DNA of 64,000 bases from a candidate division WOR-3 bacterium (GTDB taxonomy: Bacteria > Hydrothermota > Tepidihabitantia > Tepidihabitantales > Tepidihabitantaceae). Below, in pieces: positions 1 through 12,224 of the stretch (positions within the stretch are counted from its first letter, which is position 1; every line of letters begins with the position of its first letter). Location of the stretch: positions 160,001 through 224,000 of the forward strand of contig CBFGKH010000003.1 of NCBI GenBank assembly GCA_965649295.1. The letters are read 5' to 3'. Made by a program: the position numbers and the translations under genes. A model generated the notes under the pieces. It was not told the origin of the DNA and searched no databases. It saw only the letters and a list, made by a program, of their open reading frames with translations.

Positions 1-266
1 AGATTAAGACCAGCCCTAGGGCCGATACCCTTTACTGAGGTCAGCAATCTAAACATTGCCCTTTCCTCAGCAGTAGCAAAACCAAATAGCTGCACTCTAT
101 CCCTACTAAAGTAGCTGTCTATATATAAATCGACTTCATGTCCAACGGCTGGCATCGCCTGTGAGGTTGATAGTGGAATACCCACCTCGAATCCAATACC
201 GTGGCAGACGACAACAGCCCTAGTTGGTTCGCGCTCGACGAGCTCGCCACGCAGTCGCCCAATCAT
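1..266 (-). CDS. ruvA: Holliday junction branch migration protein RuvA (5' part, truncated by window edge)
   Basis: Manual translation from ATG at 266: MIGRLRGELVEREPTRAVVVCHGIGFEVGIP...; ATGA overlap with ruvC stop; canonical yebC-ruvC-ruvA order. Confidence 0.9.
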   Translation of the reverse strand, partial: MIGRLRGELVEREPTRAVVVCHGIGFEVGIPLSTSQAMPAVGHEVDLYIDSYFSRDRVQLFGFATAEERAMFRLLTSVKGIGPRAGLN

Positions 267-727
267 CGCCATTTGCTCCTACGGCTAAGGCAGAGCGCAG
301 CGGCTAGCGCATCGGCTGCATGCTCGGGTACGCGCCGTTCTAACCCAAGCACCGCTCCAACCATGTAGTTCATCTGTTGCTTTGATGCCCGGCCATTACC
401 TGTAACCGCGAGCTTGATTGTCGCCGGGGTTAGTTCAGTAGCTGGAATCCGCATCCTGCCTAGGGTGCAAAGAATCGCACCCCTTGCTTCGGCCGATCGA
501 ATAACACTCCTTGCGCCGCCGCCGCGAAAAAACAACGTTTCGACTGCAGCAATCTGCGGCCGATTTCGGCTGATAATCTCAACAAGACTATCGGATAGTA
601 GCCGCAGCCGCTCAGTCAACGGTTGACCGGCCATCGTTGTTATTGTGCCACACTCAACTACTTGGGTGCCGGCGATTATACCGTAACCGGTTGCGCTCAG
701 TCCTGGGTCAAGCCCCAGTATGCGCAA
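263..727 (-). CDS. ruvC: Crossover junction endodeoxyribonuclease RuvC
   Basis: RILGLDPG, AVE, IKLAVTGNGRASKQQM and DALAAA motifs; probable TTG start at 727 rather than 826. Confidence 0.93.
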   Translation of the reverse strand: MRILGLDPGLSATGYGIIAGTQVVECGTITTMAGQPLTERLRLLSDSLVEIISRNRPQIAAVETLFFRGGGARSVIRSAEARGAILCTLGRMRIPATELTPATIKLAVTGNGRASKQQMNYMVGAVLGLERRVPEHAADALAAALCLSRRSKWR

Positions 728-734
728 AGCGGCC

Positions 735-1487
735 CTAGTTGGCGGAGATTCGTTCGAGTACTTCGTCAGGGATGTCGAAGTTCGCGTAAACCTGCTGGAC
801 CTCTTCGAGCTCCTCCAGCATTTCAATGAGCTTCAGAACCTTGCTTGCCTCTGGCTCATTGACCCGCACCGTATTGGCGGCAATCCGCGTTAGCTCAGCA
901 GTCTCCCAAGCTATTCCAGCATCCTTCAAAGCCTTCTTGACCTGCTCTAGGGACTCAACCGGCGTCAAGATTGAGTAGGCGCTTGCTTCGGTCTGTACGT
1001 CATCCGCGCCTGCCTCCAACGCCAGCTCGATAATCCGATCCTCGGCAACCTTGTCCTTACTGACGACAATTAGCCCCTGCGGCTTGAACTGCCAAGCCAC
1101 GCAACCGGTCGATCCCATATTGCCGCCGTACTTGTCGAAGACGTGTCGGATTTCCGAAGTGCTACGGTTCTTATTGTCAGTCAACGCCCTGACCATCAGC
1201 GCGACGCCACCCGGCCCGTACCCTTCATAGATCACCTCTTCGTAGGCAACCCCCGGTAGCTCGCCCGTACCTTTCTTGATGGCCCGCTCAATGTTATCGG
1301 CCGGCATGTTGATAGCGCGAGCTGATTCAACTGCGGTTCGGAGTCGCGGGTTAGCGTTGATATCACCGCCACCGATGCGAGCGGCTGTAGTTATCTCGCG
1401 TATCAACTTGGAAAAAGCTCGTCCCCGGGCAGCGTCGAGCTTGCCCTTCTTATGTTTGATTGTGGACCATTTCGAATGTCCCGACAC
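735..1487 (-). CDS. yebC: YebC/PmpR family protein
   Basis: SGHSKWSTIKHKK N-terminus, YEGYGPGG and TDNKNR motifs; GTG start at 1487 preceded by AAGGAGGT. Confidence 0.95.
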   Translation of the reverse strand: MSGHSKWSTIKHKKGKLDAARGRAFSKLIREITTAARIGGGDINANPRLRTAVESARAINMPADNIERAIKKGTGELPGVAYEEVIYEGYGPGGVALMVRALTDNKNRSTSEIRHVFDKYGGNMGSTGCVAWQFKPQGLIVVSKDKVAEDRIIELALEAGADDVQTEASAYSILTPVESLEQVKKALKDAGIAWETAELTRIAANTVRVNEPEASKVLKLIEMLEELEEVQQVYANFDIPDEVLERISAN

Positions 1488-1693
1488 TAAGGACCTCCTT
1501 AACAGACGGAGCAGCGCTCCGGCCGGATGTTCAAGATTACCTTTCGGCGAGTTCGGACTGTTCGCATCGCCAAGTCGTCTGTATTGTATGGTCACAGCCC
1601 GACCAAGTCAACACTGCTTGTTCGGCTCAAACCTGTGAATGCATTCTGGCGGCTTTGCTTGACATTGCTGTCCTTCAAAGCTAACTTCCCATA

Positions 1694-2593
1694 GTGAATC
1701 TACTGCTACTGCTGCTGGTCATAAACGCTGATGCCAATGCCGGCGTCGCCGGCTTTGACTTTCTGCGCATTCCGCCGACCGCCCGGGAAGCGGCTCTTGG
1801 CGGAGCGGCAGTTGCCAGTGCAACCAGCCCGCTTGGTTTCTGGTACTCACCCGCTAATGCGGGCACGATTCAAGAGCAGCGCGCCCAGTTTGGCTACCTC
1901 AACTACGTGGCCGGCATTCATGTTGGATCGCTCGCTTATGCCCAGCCACTAAGCGGTAAGGGCGGTGCCGGTATCGGCATCGTCTACCTCAACTCCGGCA
2001 TGATGAAACGCACTAACGAACGTGCCGAGAACTTAGGCACATTCTCCGCGTCGTATGCCGGAATCAACGCCAGCGCTGCCCTACAACCAATCGAGAGACT
2101 AACAATTGGCCTAGGCCTGCAGGGCCTTTATGGCTCGATTGACACGTTCTTCTCGCTTGGCGTGATCGGTAGCGCTGGTGCCAACTACAACCTGCCATTG
2201 GCCGGCGCCCGGCTCGGCCTTGCTGTGACTAATGCTGGGTTTCAGGTCAAAGCATTCGGCGCTGAACGCGACCCAATGCCGCTCGACATCGGCGTCGGGG
2301 CAAGTTATCAACCGAACCCAGCCCTGACCATTGCCATTGATGTTCATAAACCCTGGGGTAATGACCTGGCGCTACGAGCCGGTATCGAAGGCTGGGTGGC
2401 CGAGCTCTTGGCTCTGCGGCTCGGCTACAACTCAACCGGCTCCGAGCTCAGGTACGGCAGTGGTGCCGACGTACTGGCTGGTCTGACCACTGGCATCGGC
2501 ATCCGCTTCCGTGGCTACGAACTGGACTACTGCTTCGTGCCGATGGTCCAGCTGGGTGCCGCGCATCGCATTTCGCTGACGCTATCACTCTAG
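1694..2593 (+). CDS. PorV/PorQ-family outer-membrane beta-barrel (T9SS-associated)
   Basis: Signal peptide; FLRIPPTAREAALGGA motif typical of PorV/PorQ N-termini; alternating beta-strands; terminal HRISL strand. Confidence 0.75.
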   Translation: MNLLLLLLVINADANAGVAGFDFLRIPPTAREAALGGAAVASATSPLGFWYSPANAGTIQEQRAQFGYLNYVAGIHVGSLAYAQPLSGKGGAGIGIVYLNSGMMKRTNERAENLGTFSASYAGINASAALQPIERLTIGLGLQGLYGSIDTFFSLGVIGSAGANYNLPLAGARLGLAVTNAGFQVKAFGAERDPMPLDIGVGASYQPNPALTIAIDVHKPWGNDLALRAGIEGWVAELLALRLGYNSTGSELRYGSGADVLAGLTTGIGIRFRGYELDYCFVPMVQLGAAHRISLTLSL

Positions 2594-2604
2594 CCAAACA
2601 CTAC

Positions 2605-3555
2605 TTGAAACGCCAGTTCATCAAAGACCTTCGACCAGGCGTTGCAGTTGACGACATCTTCTACTGCGCCCGGCGTGATATCAAGGAGCGTCGCGATGGC
2701 GGCGTATTCCTGACCTTCGAGTTCCGCGATAAGACCGGCTCGGTCAACGCCATCATGTGGGACCGCATCGATGATGCCGTGCGCTGCGTCGAGCCGGGTG
2801 GTTTCTACCGCGTCCAAGGACGGCTTGGTGACTACCAGGGCAAAGCCCAGCTTACCGTCAGTCTAATCTATCCGGCAGTTCCCGAAGAGGTATCGCGTGA
2901 CGATTTCGTCGGCGTCTCACGCTACGACCAGACAACGATGCTTGCTGAGCTGCGCTCCTTTGCGGCAGCAGTTGCCAACCCTCACCTTCATCGCCTGCTG
3001 GCCGCATTCTTGGACGACGACAAGTTCTGCGAGCAGTTTGCCACTGCTCCGGGCGGTGCTGCAGTCCATCATGCCTACCTCGGTGGCCTCCTCGAACACA
3101 CACTGTTCATGTGCCGGATTGCCCGCACTGTTGCCGCAACCTACGATGAACTAGACGCCGATCTGCTCATGACCGGTGTCATCCTGCACGATGTTGGTAA
3201 GATTCGCGAGTACTCCTACGATTCGGCGATTGATCACAGCTACGACGGCCGTCTGCTCGGCCACATTGTCATGGGCTACGAGCTAGTCCGCGATCGCATC
3301 GCCACAATTGCCGACTTCCCCGAAGAACTCAAACGACTGGTCCTGCACATGGTGCTTGCTCACCATGGCCATCTTGACTTCGGTTCACCCAAAACCCCCA
3401 AGTTTGCCGAGGCATTCATCGTTTATATGCTCGACAACATGGATTCGCGACTAATGATGTTCCGTGATGCTGTCGAGCGTAACAAGAACGTCAAGTGGAC
3501 AGACTACCATCAGTACCTCGAAACCAACGTCTATATCCGCGATCAGCAGTCCTGA
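2605..3555 (+). CDS. yhaM: 3'-5' exoribonuclease YhaM family (OB-fold plus HD domain)
   Basis: N-terminal OB-fold (DKTG...WD); HHAYLGGLLEHT, LHDVGK, GHI, HHG and DNMDS motifs. Confidence 0.88.
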   Translation: MKRQFIKDLRPGVAVDDIFYCARRDIKERRDGGVFLTFEFRDKTGSVNAIMWDRIDDAVRCVEPGGFYRVQGRLGDYQGKAQLTVSLIYPAVPEEVSRDDFVGVSRYDQTTMLAELRSFAAAVANPHLHRLLAAFLDDDKFCEQFATAPGGAAVHHAYLGGLLEHTLFMCRIARTVAATYDELDADLLMTGVILHDVGKIREYSYDSAIDHSYDGRLLGHIVMGYELVRDRIATIADFPEELKRLVLHMVLAHHGHLDFGSPKTPKFAEAFIVYMLDNMDSRLMMFRDAVERNKNVKWTDYHQYLETNVYIRDQQS

Positions 3556-4216
3556 TCAACATCAAGCTTCATCTGTCGACGACTATCGGCATTACGCTGC
3601 CGGCTGCCGTTCCCTCGGCATCGAACTAACCCGGCCGCAGTATAACCAGCTACTCCGCTACGCTGCTCTGCTGCGCGACTGGAACAACCGCATCAATATC
3701 ATTTCCCGGAACGACACCGCTCGGGTTCTGAGCTATCATGCCGTTGACTCAATCGCTGTTCAGTCATTGTTGCCACGTTCGGCCCTGGTTTGTGACCTAG
3801 GTTCAGGTGGCGGCCTTCCCGGCATTCCCCTTAGCATCGTCCGGCCCGACCTCTCTCTGATTCTCGTCGAGTCGTCAGGCAAACGTAGCCTTTTCCTCGC
3901 CACTGCCATCGCCTCACTGGGGCTAGACCGCGTCCGGCTCATCAACAGACGTGCCGAAGAACACCCTCCTCTCGACTGCGATGTGGTTGTCAGTCGCCTG
4001 ACCGGCAAGATCGACGACGTGCTTCCGGCTGCTGCGCCCCATATCCGTCCTGGCGGCTGCCTAATTCTCTACAAAACCACCGCCTCTCAAGCTGAAATCA
4101 ACCGTGCGGCACCGCGCATTGCGCGAGCGGGGCTTAGTCTCAGTCAAGTCACCGACATCACTCTGCCCTTCGACAACATTACCCGTCGCTTCATCGTACT
4201 TCGGCGCACAGACTGA
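3464..4216 (+). CDS. rsmG: 16S rRNA (guanine(527)-N7)-methyltransferase RsmG; true start probably near 3550-3600
   Basis: WNNRINI, H..DS, DLGSGGGLPGIPL, VES..KR and RAEE motifs. Confidence 0.9.
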   Translation: MMLSSVTRTSSGQTTISTSKPTSISAISSPDQHQASSVDDYRHYAAGCRSLGIELTRPQYNQLLRYAALLRDWNNRINIISRNDTARVLSYHAVDSIAVQSLLPRSALVCDLGSGGGLPGIPLSIVRPDLSLILVESSGKRSLFLATAIASLGLDRVRLINRRAEEHPPLDCDVVVSRLTGKIDDVLPAAAPHIRPGGCLILYKTTASQAEINRAAPRIARAGLSLSQVTDITLPFDNITRRFIVLRRTD

Positions 4217-4235
4217 TAGGACAATCCCGCCACCT

Positions 4236-4261
4236 AAAAGAAAGAAGGCCGCCTGGCCTTC
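4236..4261 (-). terminator. Intrinsic terminator downstream of 16S rRNA
   Basis: Minus strand GAAGGCC-AGGC-GGCCTTC followed by TTTCTTTT. Confidence 0.75.
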
Positions 4262-4315
4262 ATTCTTCGCTTGGATGCAACACTTTAAAGCGTGCTCGGA
4301 TCGTGCAAAACTCGT

Positions 4316-5860
<1,545 letters not shown>

Positions 5861-5920
5861 AAGAATCTTGGGGTTTTAATCAATGGCACAATCCGAGCAC
5901 GCTTTGGGTTACATCCGAAT

Positions 5921-5975
5921 TATCAAAGAACGATATGTCTGTGAGAAAGAATAGCAGAAGCAAGCCAAATGTCAA
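5921..5975 (-). promoter_or_regulatory. rRNA promoter (TTGACA-16-TATTCT, extended -10) and boxA-like antitermination site
   Basis: TTGACA at 5975-5970, TGcTATTCT ending at 5948, boxA-like GTTCTTTGATA at 5931-5921. Confidence 0.75.
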
Positions 5976-6107
5976 CGGTCTGGACGCATGACCACCGCAA
6001 TCCTATCACCTTGTTGTTACGATCTTTACGCCAACTACGTCGACATTTGCAACACTATCTACCGACCACTTGCCAGGGGGGCATCAACTCCCTGTTCGAC
6101 CGACAAT

Positions 6108-9100
6108 CTAATGCAGCACGTTCAGTCTAACGCGATACTGCTCACCAGACCGACTCAGCACTGCGAAATACTGACCCGCCTCTAGTGCCGAGAGGTCAAC
6201 GACTGTCTCGGCTGCTCCCGCCGGAATCACTAGACTCTGCCGCATTCTGCCCAGCGCATCGAACAACACCAGTCTGCCACTACCATCCGAGCGTCCGCCA
6301 ATCTGGAAACGTACAACTTGCCGCGCCGGGTTCGACACGAGCAGTGGTTGCGCACTGGCGACCGCCGACACTGGTGTCTGAGCCATCCCACCGTCCCGGC
6401 CATGACTTGACACGAACTCCCAGAGCTCAAAACTCTTGCCGCCCTTTGTCACAAAGTAGCGTCCACCCGCCCATGCCAGGCCACCGCCGTCTTTGATGCG
6501 TCGTGACTGTGCACCACCGGGCACCGAGGGATACTCGCGCCAGACCGAATCAGCACTGTCCAGCCGCCAGAACTCATTCGTTCCGCCCCCTTTGGTCAGG
6601 GCAAGACACCCGTTCCCCCAGACCACCCCGGCTCCAGCCTTAACCTTCTTGTTTCTGCCGCCGGTGCCGTTCAGTGGTATTGTCTTGTAGCCACTAAGCC
6701 AGCGGCCGCTGCGCAGGTCATAACAATGCAGCTCATCGGCACCACCCTTGACACAAAAGAGGATACTGTCGCCCGCCTGCGCCAGTCCGGTACCTTCCTT
6801 GTACTTGGCCCGTTGTGCGGCTCCGGCCGGCGCCGACGGCAGCTCCTCCCAAAGATCGAGCGCCGAGTTGTAACGGTAGAACTCCGCGCTATTCGACCCA
6901 CGAATGGCATAGACGTAACCAGTGTCATTGACAATCGCGTGAACAAGATCAACGCCGCTCTTTGGTGGACAGCTCTTCGCTCCGGCCGGAAATGGCGCCA
7001 GCGCCGTCCAGCCTGTTGCTGGGTCGTAGCGATAGAACTCAAATGTCTTATTGCCCTTCAAGACGTAAGCCCGGCCCAGGCCATCGGCACAGATTGCGCT
7101 GCCCTTGTGCACTGGTTTTTCCAGTGGCCCGGCCGGCAACGAGGGCAGTGCCGACCACGTGCCGCTCGCAACATCATAGGCAAAGACCTCGAGCGTCTTG
7201 TTACCCTTCAGGAGGTAAAGCCGATGCTCGTCACCATCTAAGGCTCCGCCTGTTGCCACCGGTGCGCCCGATGGCTCAGCCGGCACATTAGCACACTGTC
7301 GCCATTCTCCCAGCGGCATGTTGATCACCCCGAACCTAATGCTCAATGTATCGTTGCTTGGGTCCGCATCACCATTGGCACTCGTCCAGCAGCGCAACGT
7401 ATGATAACCGGGAACCGTGGCCACCCAGGCCCTGAACCTCACAACCGTGTCAAGCCCGTTCGGCCCGGCCCCGCGCACCCAGACTGAATCGCTAAACACC
7501 GGCTGACCACTTCGCTCGATGGCAACGTGTACCAGTATGTCCACCGTTGTGGTACCGAAGTTGTGACAACTGACTGTCGGTCGGATTGGCGTCTCGAAAG
7601 GAATGTCGCCGACAGGTTCAGCGATACTACGCACGCCGACATCAACAGCTGGCCCAGCAACATTTACAAGCACTGCTGTCCGGTCATTGCTGCGGTTGTA
7701 ATCGTAGCGGGCGGCAGCCGAACAGGCGGCAACCCAATTGCCTACCAGCGTCGGCACCCAGGATCGGAACGCAACATGCTGTTCACCACCGCCTGGCAAC
7801 GCTACCTGCACACTGTCCACATAGCCGTCGCTAATCGAGAACCGGCACCAGAATGTCGCCGTCGCTGGACTGTTGTTCTTCACGGTGGCGGCCGGCGTGA
7901 CTGCCGTTCCCTTGCTCCATTGCCCGGTCGGTGAATTGATAGCGATGACACCCACATCCGGCACTTCAATCAGTCGAGCGACTGTCGGATCAACGTAGTT
8001 CGGAAAGCCCCAATGTAGCGGACCACTAAGTATCACTCCGCTTGCCGAATGCTCTAGATTGTAGAACTGATTGGCACCAAGTGAACCGCTTGGCCGCCAG
8101 CTGAAACTCCAAGCCGGCTGGCCATCACTGAAATACTTTGCCGCGACGGCCAACGTTGCGCTACCACCCGCGCCGCCCGCAGTACCGGCAACTACTGGAT
8201 TGCCCATCTCATCCAGACCAAGACAGTAGCCTCGGTCCGGCGTTCCGCCGCCGTCATAGAATCGTGCCCAGACCAACGCACCGTCCCGGTCATACTTGAG
8301 CAAAGCGATGTCGCTCGCCTGACTGTTACTCGCGTAGCCAGCAACAAACAAGCAGCCAGCATCATCAATCGCGACGTCTGCTCCCTGGTCATTCAAGCCG
8401 GCAGTACCAGCGTAGCTCTGCGACCACTGCAACTCGCCGGAAGCAGAGTAGAGTGCAGTAAGCATGTCGTAGTCACCGGCTGTCAGATACCAGTACCCAG
8501 TTACTGCAACTAGCCCACTCCGGACCGCCACCCGACCCAGGAACTCGTTACTGCAGTTCCCACCGAGACGATGCTCCCATTCCACCGATCCAGTCTGGCA
8601 ATTCAGCCTAATGGCCAGTCCGTCATAGCCGGTCATGATGCCGTAGAGATACCCAGCAACAAACAAGCCATTTTCGTCTAAGGCGACGTCTGCGGCTAGC
8701 TCAGTGTGCGAACCGCTGGTGCTACCGGAGATACGCCTAGTCCAGACCACCGCCCCGGTCGCAGCATCCAACGCCCAGACTGTGAAATCACGACCGCTTA
8801 ACTTGCTTTGCGAAGTGCCCGCAACATAGACACGGCCACCACCAGCAGCCACTGCTGCCGCCCAACAATTGGCCGTAGCTGTATCGCCCTGAACCTTTTT
8901 CGCCCAGACAAAATTGCCCGCCGCATCCCACTTCACCACCAGGGCCTGGCTTGTTCCGGAACCCGTTGTGCGCCGTCCTGCCACATAAACCGCGCCGCAT
9001 TCGTCAAGGGCCAGAGCATTCGCCTGCTCAGTTCCTCCATCGTCGTAGCTCTGAACCCAGACCAGATTGCCGACCGAGTCATACTTGTGGACAATCAAGT

Positions 9101-9302
9101 CGCTGTTTGCTGCTAGCACATGACCATAGGCGGCTATGACGATACTGCCATCAGCACCAACTGCCATTGTTCTGGTTGGCGCCATCGCTTGGTCAGGAAA
9201 ACTTGTCGCCTGTTGATAATGCCTGACCCATGCCGTGTCAGCCTGGCCGAAAGCTACCGAGACAACGGCGGCGATAGACGCAATGATAATCTGTCGGGTC
9301 AC
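6108..9302 (-). CDS. Secreted multidomain protein: SBBP-like beta-propeller, 2 CARDB/Ig, Kelch-like propeller, T9SS-type CTD
   Basis: Signal peptide; repeated KYD..G..VW motifs; DVGV..I..P...ND modules; KGNKT.EF repeats; C-terminal FDALGR...GQYF. Confidence 0.8.
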   Translation of the reverse strand: MTRQIIIASIAAVVSVAFGQADTAWVRHYQQATSFPDQAMAPTRTMAVGADGSIVIAAYGHVLAANSDLIVHKYDSVGNLVWVQSYDDGGTEQANALALDECGAVYVAGRRTTGSGTSQALVVKWDAAGNFVWAKKVQGDTATANCWAAAVAAGGGRVYVAGTSQSKLSGRDFTVWALDAATGAVVWTRRISGSTSGSHTELAADVALDENGLFVAGYLYGIMTGYDGLAIRLNCQTGSVEWEHRLGGNCSNEFLGRVAVRSGLVAVTGYWYLTAGDYDMLTALYSASGELQWSQSYAGTAGLNDQGADVAIDDAGCLFVAGYASNSQASDIALLKYDRDGALVWARFYDGGGTPDRGYCLGLDEMGNPVVAGTAGGAGGSATLAVAAKYFSDGQPAWSFSWRPSGSLGANQFYNLEHSASGVILSGPLHWGFPNYVDPTVARLIEVPDVGVIAINSPTGQWSKGTAVTPAATVKNNSPATATFWCRFSISDGYVDSVQVALPGGGEQHVAFRSWVPTLVGNWVAACSAAARYDYNRSNDRTAVLVNVAGPAVDVGVRSIAEPVGDIPFETPIRPTVSCHNFGTTTVDILVHVAIERSGQPVFSDSVWVRGAGPNGLDTVVRFRAWVATVPGYHTLRCWTSANGDADPSNDTLSIRFGVINMPLGEWRQCANVPAEPSGAPVATGGALDGDEHRLYLLKGNKTLEVFAYDVASGTWSALPSLPAGPLEKPVHKGSAICADGLGRAYVLKGNKTFEFYRYDPATGWTALAPFPAGAKSCPPKSGVDLVHAIVNDTGYVYAIRGSNSAEFYRYNSALDLWEELPSAPAGAAQRAKYKEGTGLAQAGDSILFCVKGGADELHCYDLRSGRWLSGYKTIPLNGTGGRNKKVKAGAGVVWGNGCLALTKGGGTNEFWRLDSADSVWREYPSVPGGAQSRRIKDGGGLAWAGGRYFVTKGGKSFELWEFVSSHGRDGGMAQTPVSAVASAQPLLVSNPARQVVRFQIGGRSDGSGRLVLFDALGRMRQSLVIPAGAAETVVDLSALEAGQYFAVLSRSGEQYRVRLNVLH

Positions 9303-10226
9303 TCATCCCTCCCTATTGTCAGTCCACCAATCAGACTACAACACCAGTCCTGTCACCACTTCAGTCGCCCGGGTGACAGAACGACCGTGCCCTAGCGGGT
9401 TGCTCTAACCCGAGAGAGCACAGCTAATTAATTGTACAATAACCAAGGCAAGAAATCAAACGCATTCGGAGACAGTCGATTGCACAAAACCAACCAGGAT
9501 AGGTTGCAGCCGGCCCCCTGATACCTGCTCCTATGACGCCTACCGGCTTCGCTAGTGGCAACAGTAGAAGCTCGTTCGATACTTTCCGCCTCAGCACAGG
9601 AAAGACAGGGAAATGCACCTCATCAACAACACAGAGATGCTCTCCCAACGCCTACGGTAGCCACTGGTAACTACTGCTATGGCCAGAGGATTGCATCGCT
9701 CGGCCCCTCTCACGTCTTCAGTACCCAATTCATCATCTGTGCTCCAGTCTTGGTCGGACCTGCCGTCTCCTAACCATCGGAGGCAAATCATGATACGGCG
9801 CCAGAACCACTTCTGGCGAAAGCAGACGCAGCTTGGGGTTGCAACTGGCAGTAGCTATACCCATGACAGGGGGAGTGACTCCCCCAGTGACACTACCTAT
9901 CAACTGAGGAGTGACTCACTAACTTAGTCATTCAGCCAATTGGTGATGGAATTACAGGTTCAGAGACAGAACAAGTCAATGAATAACCAAGCGGTTAAGC
10001 GAGCGACCTGTCCAAGAAGCTTCTTACCAACTGCATCGCCGGTCCAGTCTTAGGCCTACCTACCAACTGGCTATCGGAGCAAGTCCTGAATAGGCTGGTG
10101 CTGCTGTTTAGGAGTTGCGTCACCGTTATAGAAATGACTGCAGCTTTTGGTTCCTACCGTCCTTCGTGGCCGAACCCGAATCCAGCCAACTGTGAAAACA
10201 GGAAGAAACGCGAGCAGGCCTCAGGC

Positions 10227-10514
10227 CTAGTTGGTCTTGTCCTGCTTGCCGGTACTGGAACCAGTCGTAGTTGTGCCTGATTCCTTACCGGAACTCGGGG
10301 TCTGGCTTGCCTCGGCCGGTTTAGACTTGTTCTTGTAGTCGGTAATGTAAAAGCCCGTGCCTTTGAAGATCAGGCCTGAACCGCCGGAGATAAGCTGCTC
10401 AACACAGTTCCGGCGGCGGCATTGGGGGCAGTTCTTGATGGGTGGATCAACGATCCGCTGGAACTCGCTGAACCGATGCCCGCACTTCTTGCACTGGTAC
10501 TCGTAAGTCGGCAT
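10227..10514 (-). CDS. FmdB-family zinc-ribbon protein
   Basis: MPTYEYQCKKCGHRF...CPQC...FKGTGFYITDY. Confidence 0.9.
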   Translation of the reverse strand: MPTYEYQCKKCGHRFSEFQRIVDPPIKNCPQCRRRNCVEQLISGGSGLIFKGTGFYITDYKNKSKPAEASQTPSSGKESGTTTTGSSTGKQDKTN

Positions 10515-10522
10515 GGGAACAG

Positions 10523-10553
10523 GCGGGGTGGGAAGTGATACTTCCCACCCCGC
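10523..10553. terminator. Strong hairpin between groEL and the fmdB-like gene
   Basis: GCGGGGTGGGAAGT-GAT-ACTTCCCACCCCGC perfect stem; weak U-tract. Confidence 0.55.
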
Positions 10554-10565
10554 AAGGCTTTGGGA

Positions 10566-12212
10566 CTAGTAGTCCATTCCGCCGCCGGCACCCGGCATCG
10601 GCGGTGTCTTCTCCTTTTCAGGCACTTCAGCAATCGCGCACTCGGTGGTCAGCATTAGACCAGCAACCGAAGCCGCGTTCTGCAGCGCCACGCGCGTCAC
10701 CTTGGTGGGATCAATGACGCCGGAGACGAACATGTCTACGTACTCAAGAGTCTCGCAGTTGAAGCCGATATTGGCCTTCTCCTGCTTGACCTTCTCAAAG
10801 ACAATTGAGCCGTCAACGCCAGCATTGCTGGCCAAAGTCCGAATCGGCTCTTCCAAGGCCCGCCGGACAATCGCCGCGCCGACCGCCTCGTCGCCTTCGA
10901 GTTTCATCTTCTCAATCGCTGGTATGCAGCGCACCAGGGCAACGCCGCCGCCCGGAACCACGCCTTCCTCAACTGCAGCACGGGTCGCATGAAGCGCGTC
11001 CTCAACCAAGGCCTTCTTTGCCTTCATCTCGACCTCGGTCGCCGCGCCAACGTTGATGACAGCGACACCGCCGGCCAGCTTGGCCAACCGCTCCTGCAGC
11101 TTCTCGCGATCGTAGTCGGACTTCGTCTCTTCGATCTGCTTGCGAATCTGCTCAATCCGGGCAGTGATGTCGGCCTTCTTCCCAGCACCCTCGACGATGG
11201 TTGTGTTCTCCTTGTCAATCACAACGCGCTTGGCCACGCCCATATCTGAGATCTGGACGTTCTCGAGTTTAATCCCCAGGTCCTCGGAGATGAGCCGACC
11301 GCCAGTCAGCACCGCAATATCCTCAAGCATTGCCCGTCGCCGATCGCCATAACCGGGCGCCTTGACCGCGCAACAGCGCAGAGTGCCCTTGATGTGGTTG
11401 ACAACCAGCCCAGCCAGTGCTTCGCCCTCAACCTCTTCGGCAACGACGAGGATCGGCTTGCCGCGCTGAGCCACCTTCTCTAGCACCGGCAGGATATCGC
11501 GCATCGAAGAAATCTTCTTCTCATAGAGCAGGACGAGTGCGTCCTCAAGCACCGCTTCCATCTTCTGGTTCTGCGGTGTTGTCGTCCCCGGTTCGAGCGC
11601 AAAGTAGGGCGAGAGGTAGCCACGGTCAAACTGCATACCCTCGACCACTTCCAGTGTCGTCTCCACCGACTTCGCTTCCTCAACCGTGATGACGCCTTCC
11701 TTACCGACCTTCTCCATGGCATCGGCAATCAGCTTGCCGATCTCCTTGTCGTTGTTGGCGGAGATGGACGCGACCTGCATGATTTCGTCGCGCCCCGCGG
11801 TCTTTTTCGACATCTTCTTCAGTTCGGCAACCGCGGTGTCCACCGCCTTGTCGATGCCACGCTTCAAAGCCATTGAGTTGGCACCAGCGGTGACGTTCTT
11901 CAGCCCCTCACGGTAGATCGCCTCGGCCAAGATCGTTGCCGTGGTCGTGCCATCGCCGGCCACGTCCGACGTCTTGGAGGCGACTTCCTTGATCATCTGG
12001 GCGCCCATGTTCTCGAACTTGTCTTCAAGCTCGACTTCCTTGGCAACAGTGACACCGTCCTTGGTGACAGTCGGTGCGCCCCACTTCTTGTCAATGATTA
12101 CATTGTGCCCCTTAGGCCCAAGCGTCACCTTGACCGCGTGGGCAAGCTTTTCGGCGCCGCGGAGAATCGCGCGCCTGGCATCATCTTCAAATCGCAATTC
12201 TTTGGCTGGCAT
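10566..12212 (-). CDS. groEL: Chaperonin GroEL
   Basis: [23 protein letters not shown] and [15 protein letters not shown] motifs. Confidence 0.99.
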   Translation of the reverse strand: MPAKELRFEDDARRAILRGAEKLAHAVKVTLGPKGHNVIIDKKWGAPTVTKDGVTVAKEVELEDKFENMGAQMIKEVASKTSDVAGDGTTTATILAEAIYREGLKNVTAGANSMALKRGIDKAVDTAVAELKKMSKKTAGRDEIMQVASISANNDKEIGKLIADAMEKVGKEGVITVEEAKSVETTLEVVEGMQFDRGYLSPYFALEPGTTTPQNQKMEAVLEDALVLLYEKKISSMRDILPVLEKVAQRGKPILVVAEEVEGEALAGLVVNHIKGTLRCCAVKAPGYGDRRRAMLEDIAVLTGGRLISEDLGIKLENVQISDMGVAKRVVIDKENTTIVEGAGKKADITARIEQIRKQIEETKSDYDREKLQERLAKLAGGVAVINVGAATEVEMKAKKALVEDALHATRAAVEEGVVPGGGVALVRCIPAIEKMKLEGDEAVGAAIVRRALEEPIRTLASNAGVDGSIVFEKVKQEKANIGFNCETLEYVDMFVSGVIDPTKVTRVALQNAASVAGLMLTTECAIAEVPEKEKTPPMPGAGGGMDY

Positions 12213-12224
12213 CTTGGCTCCTTG

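Noticed and set aside
9424..10280. Small ORFs of 60-82 aa in the intergenic gap
   Set aside because: No SD or motif, mutually overlapping, atypical composition.
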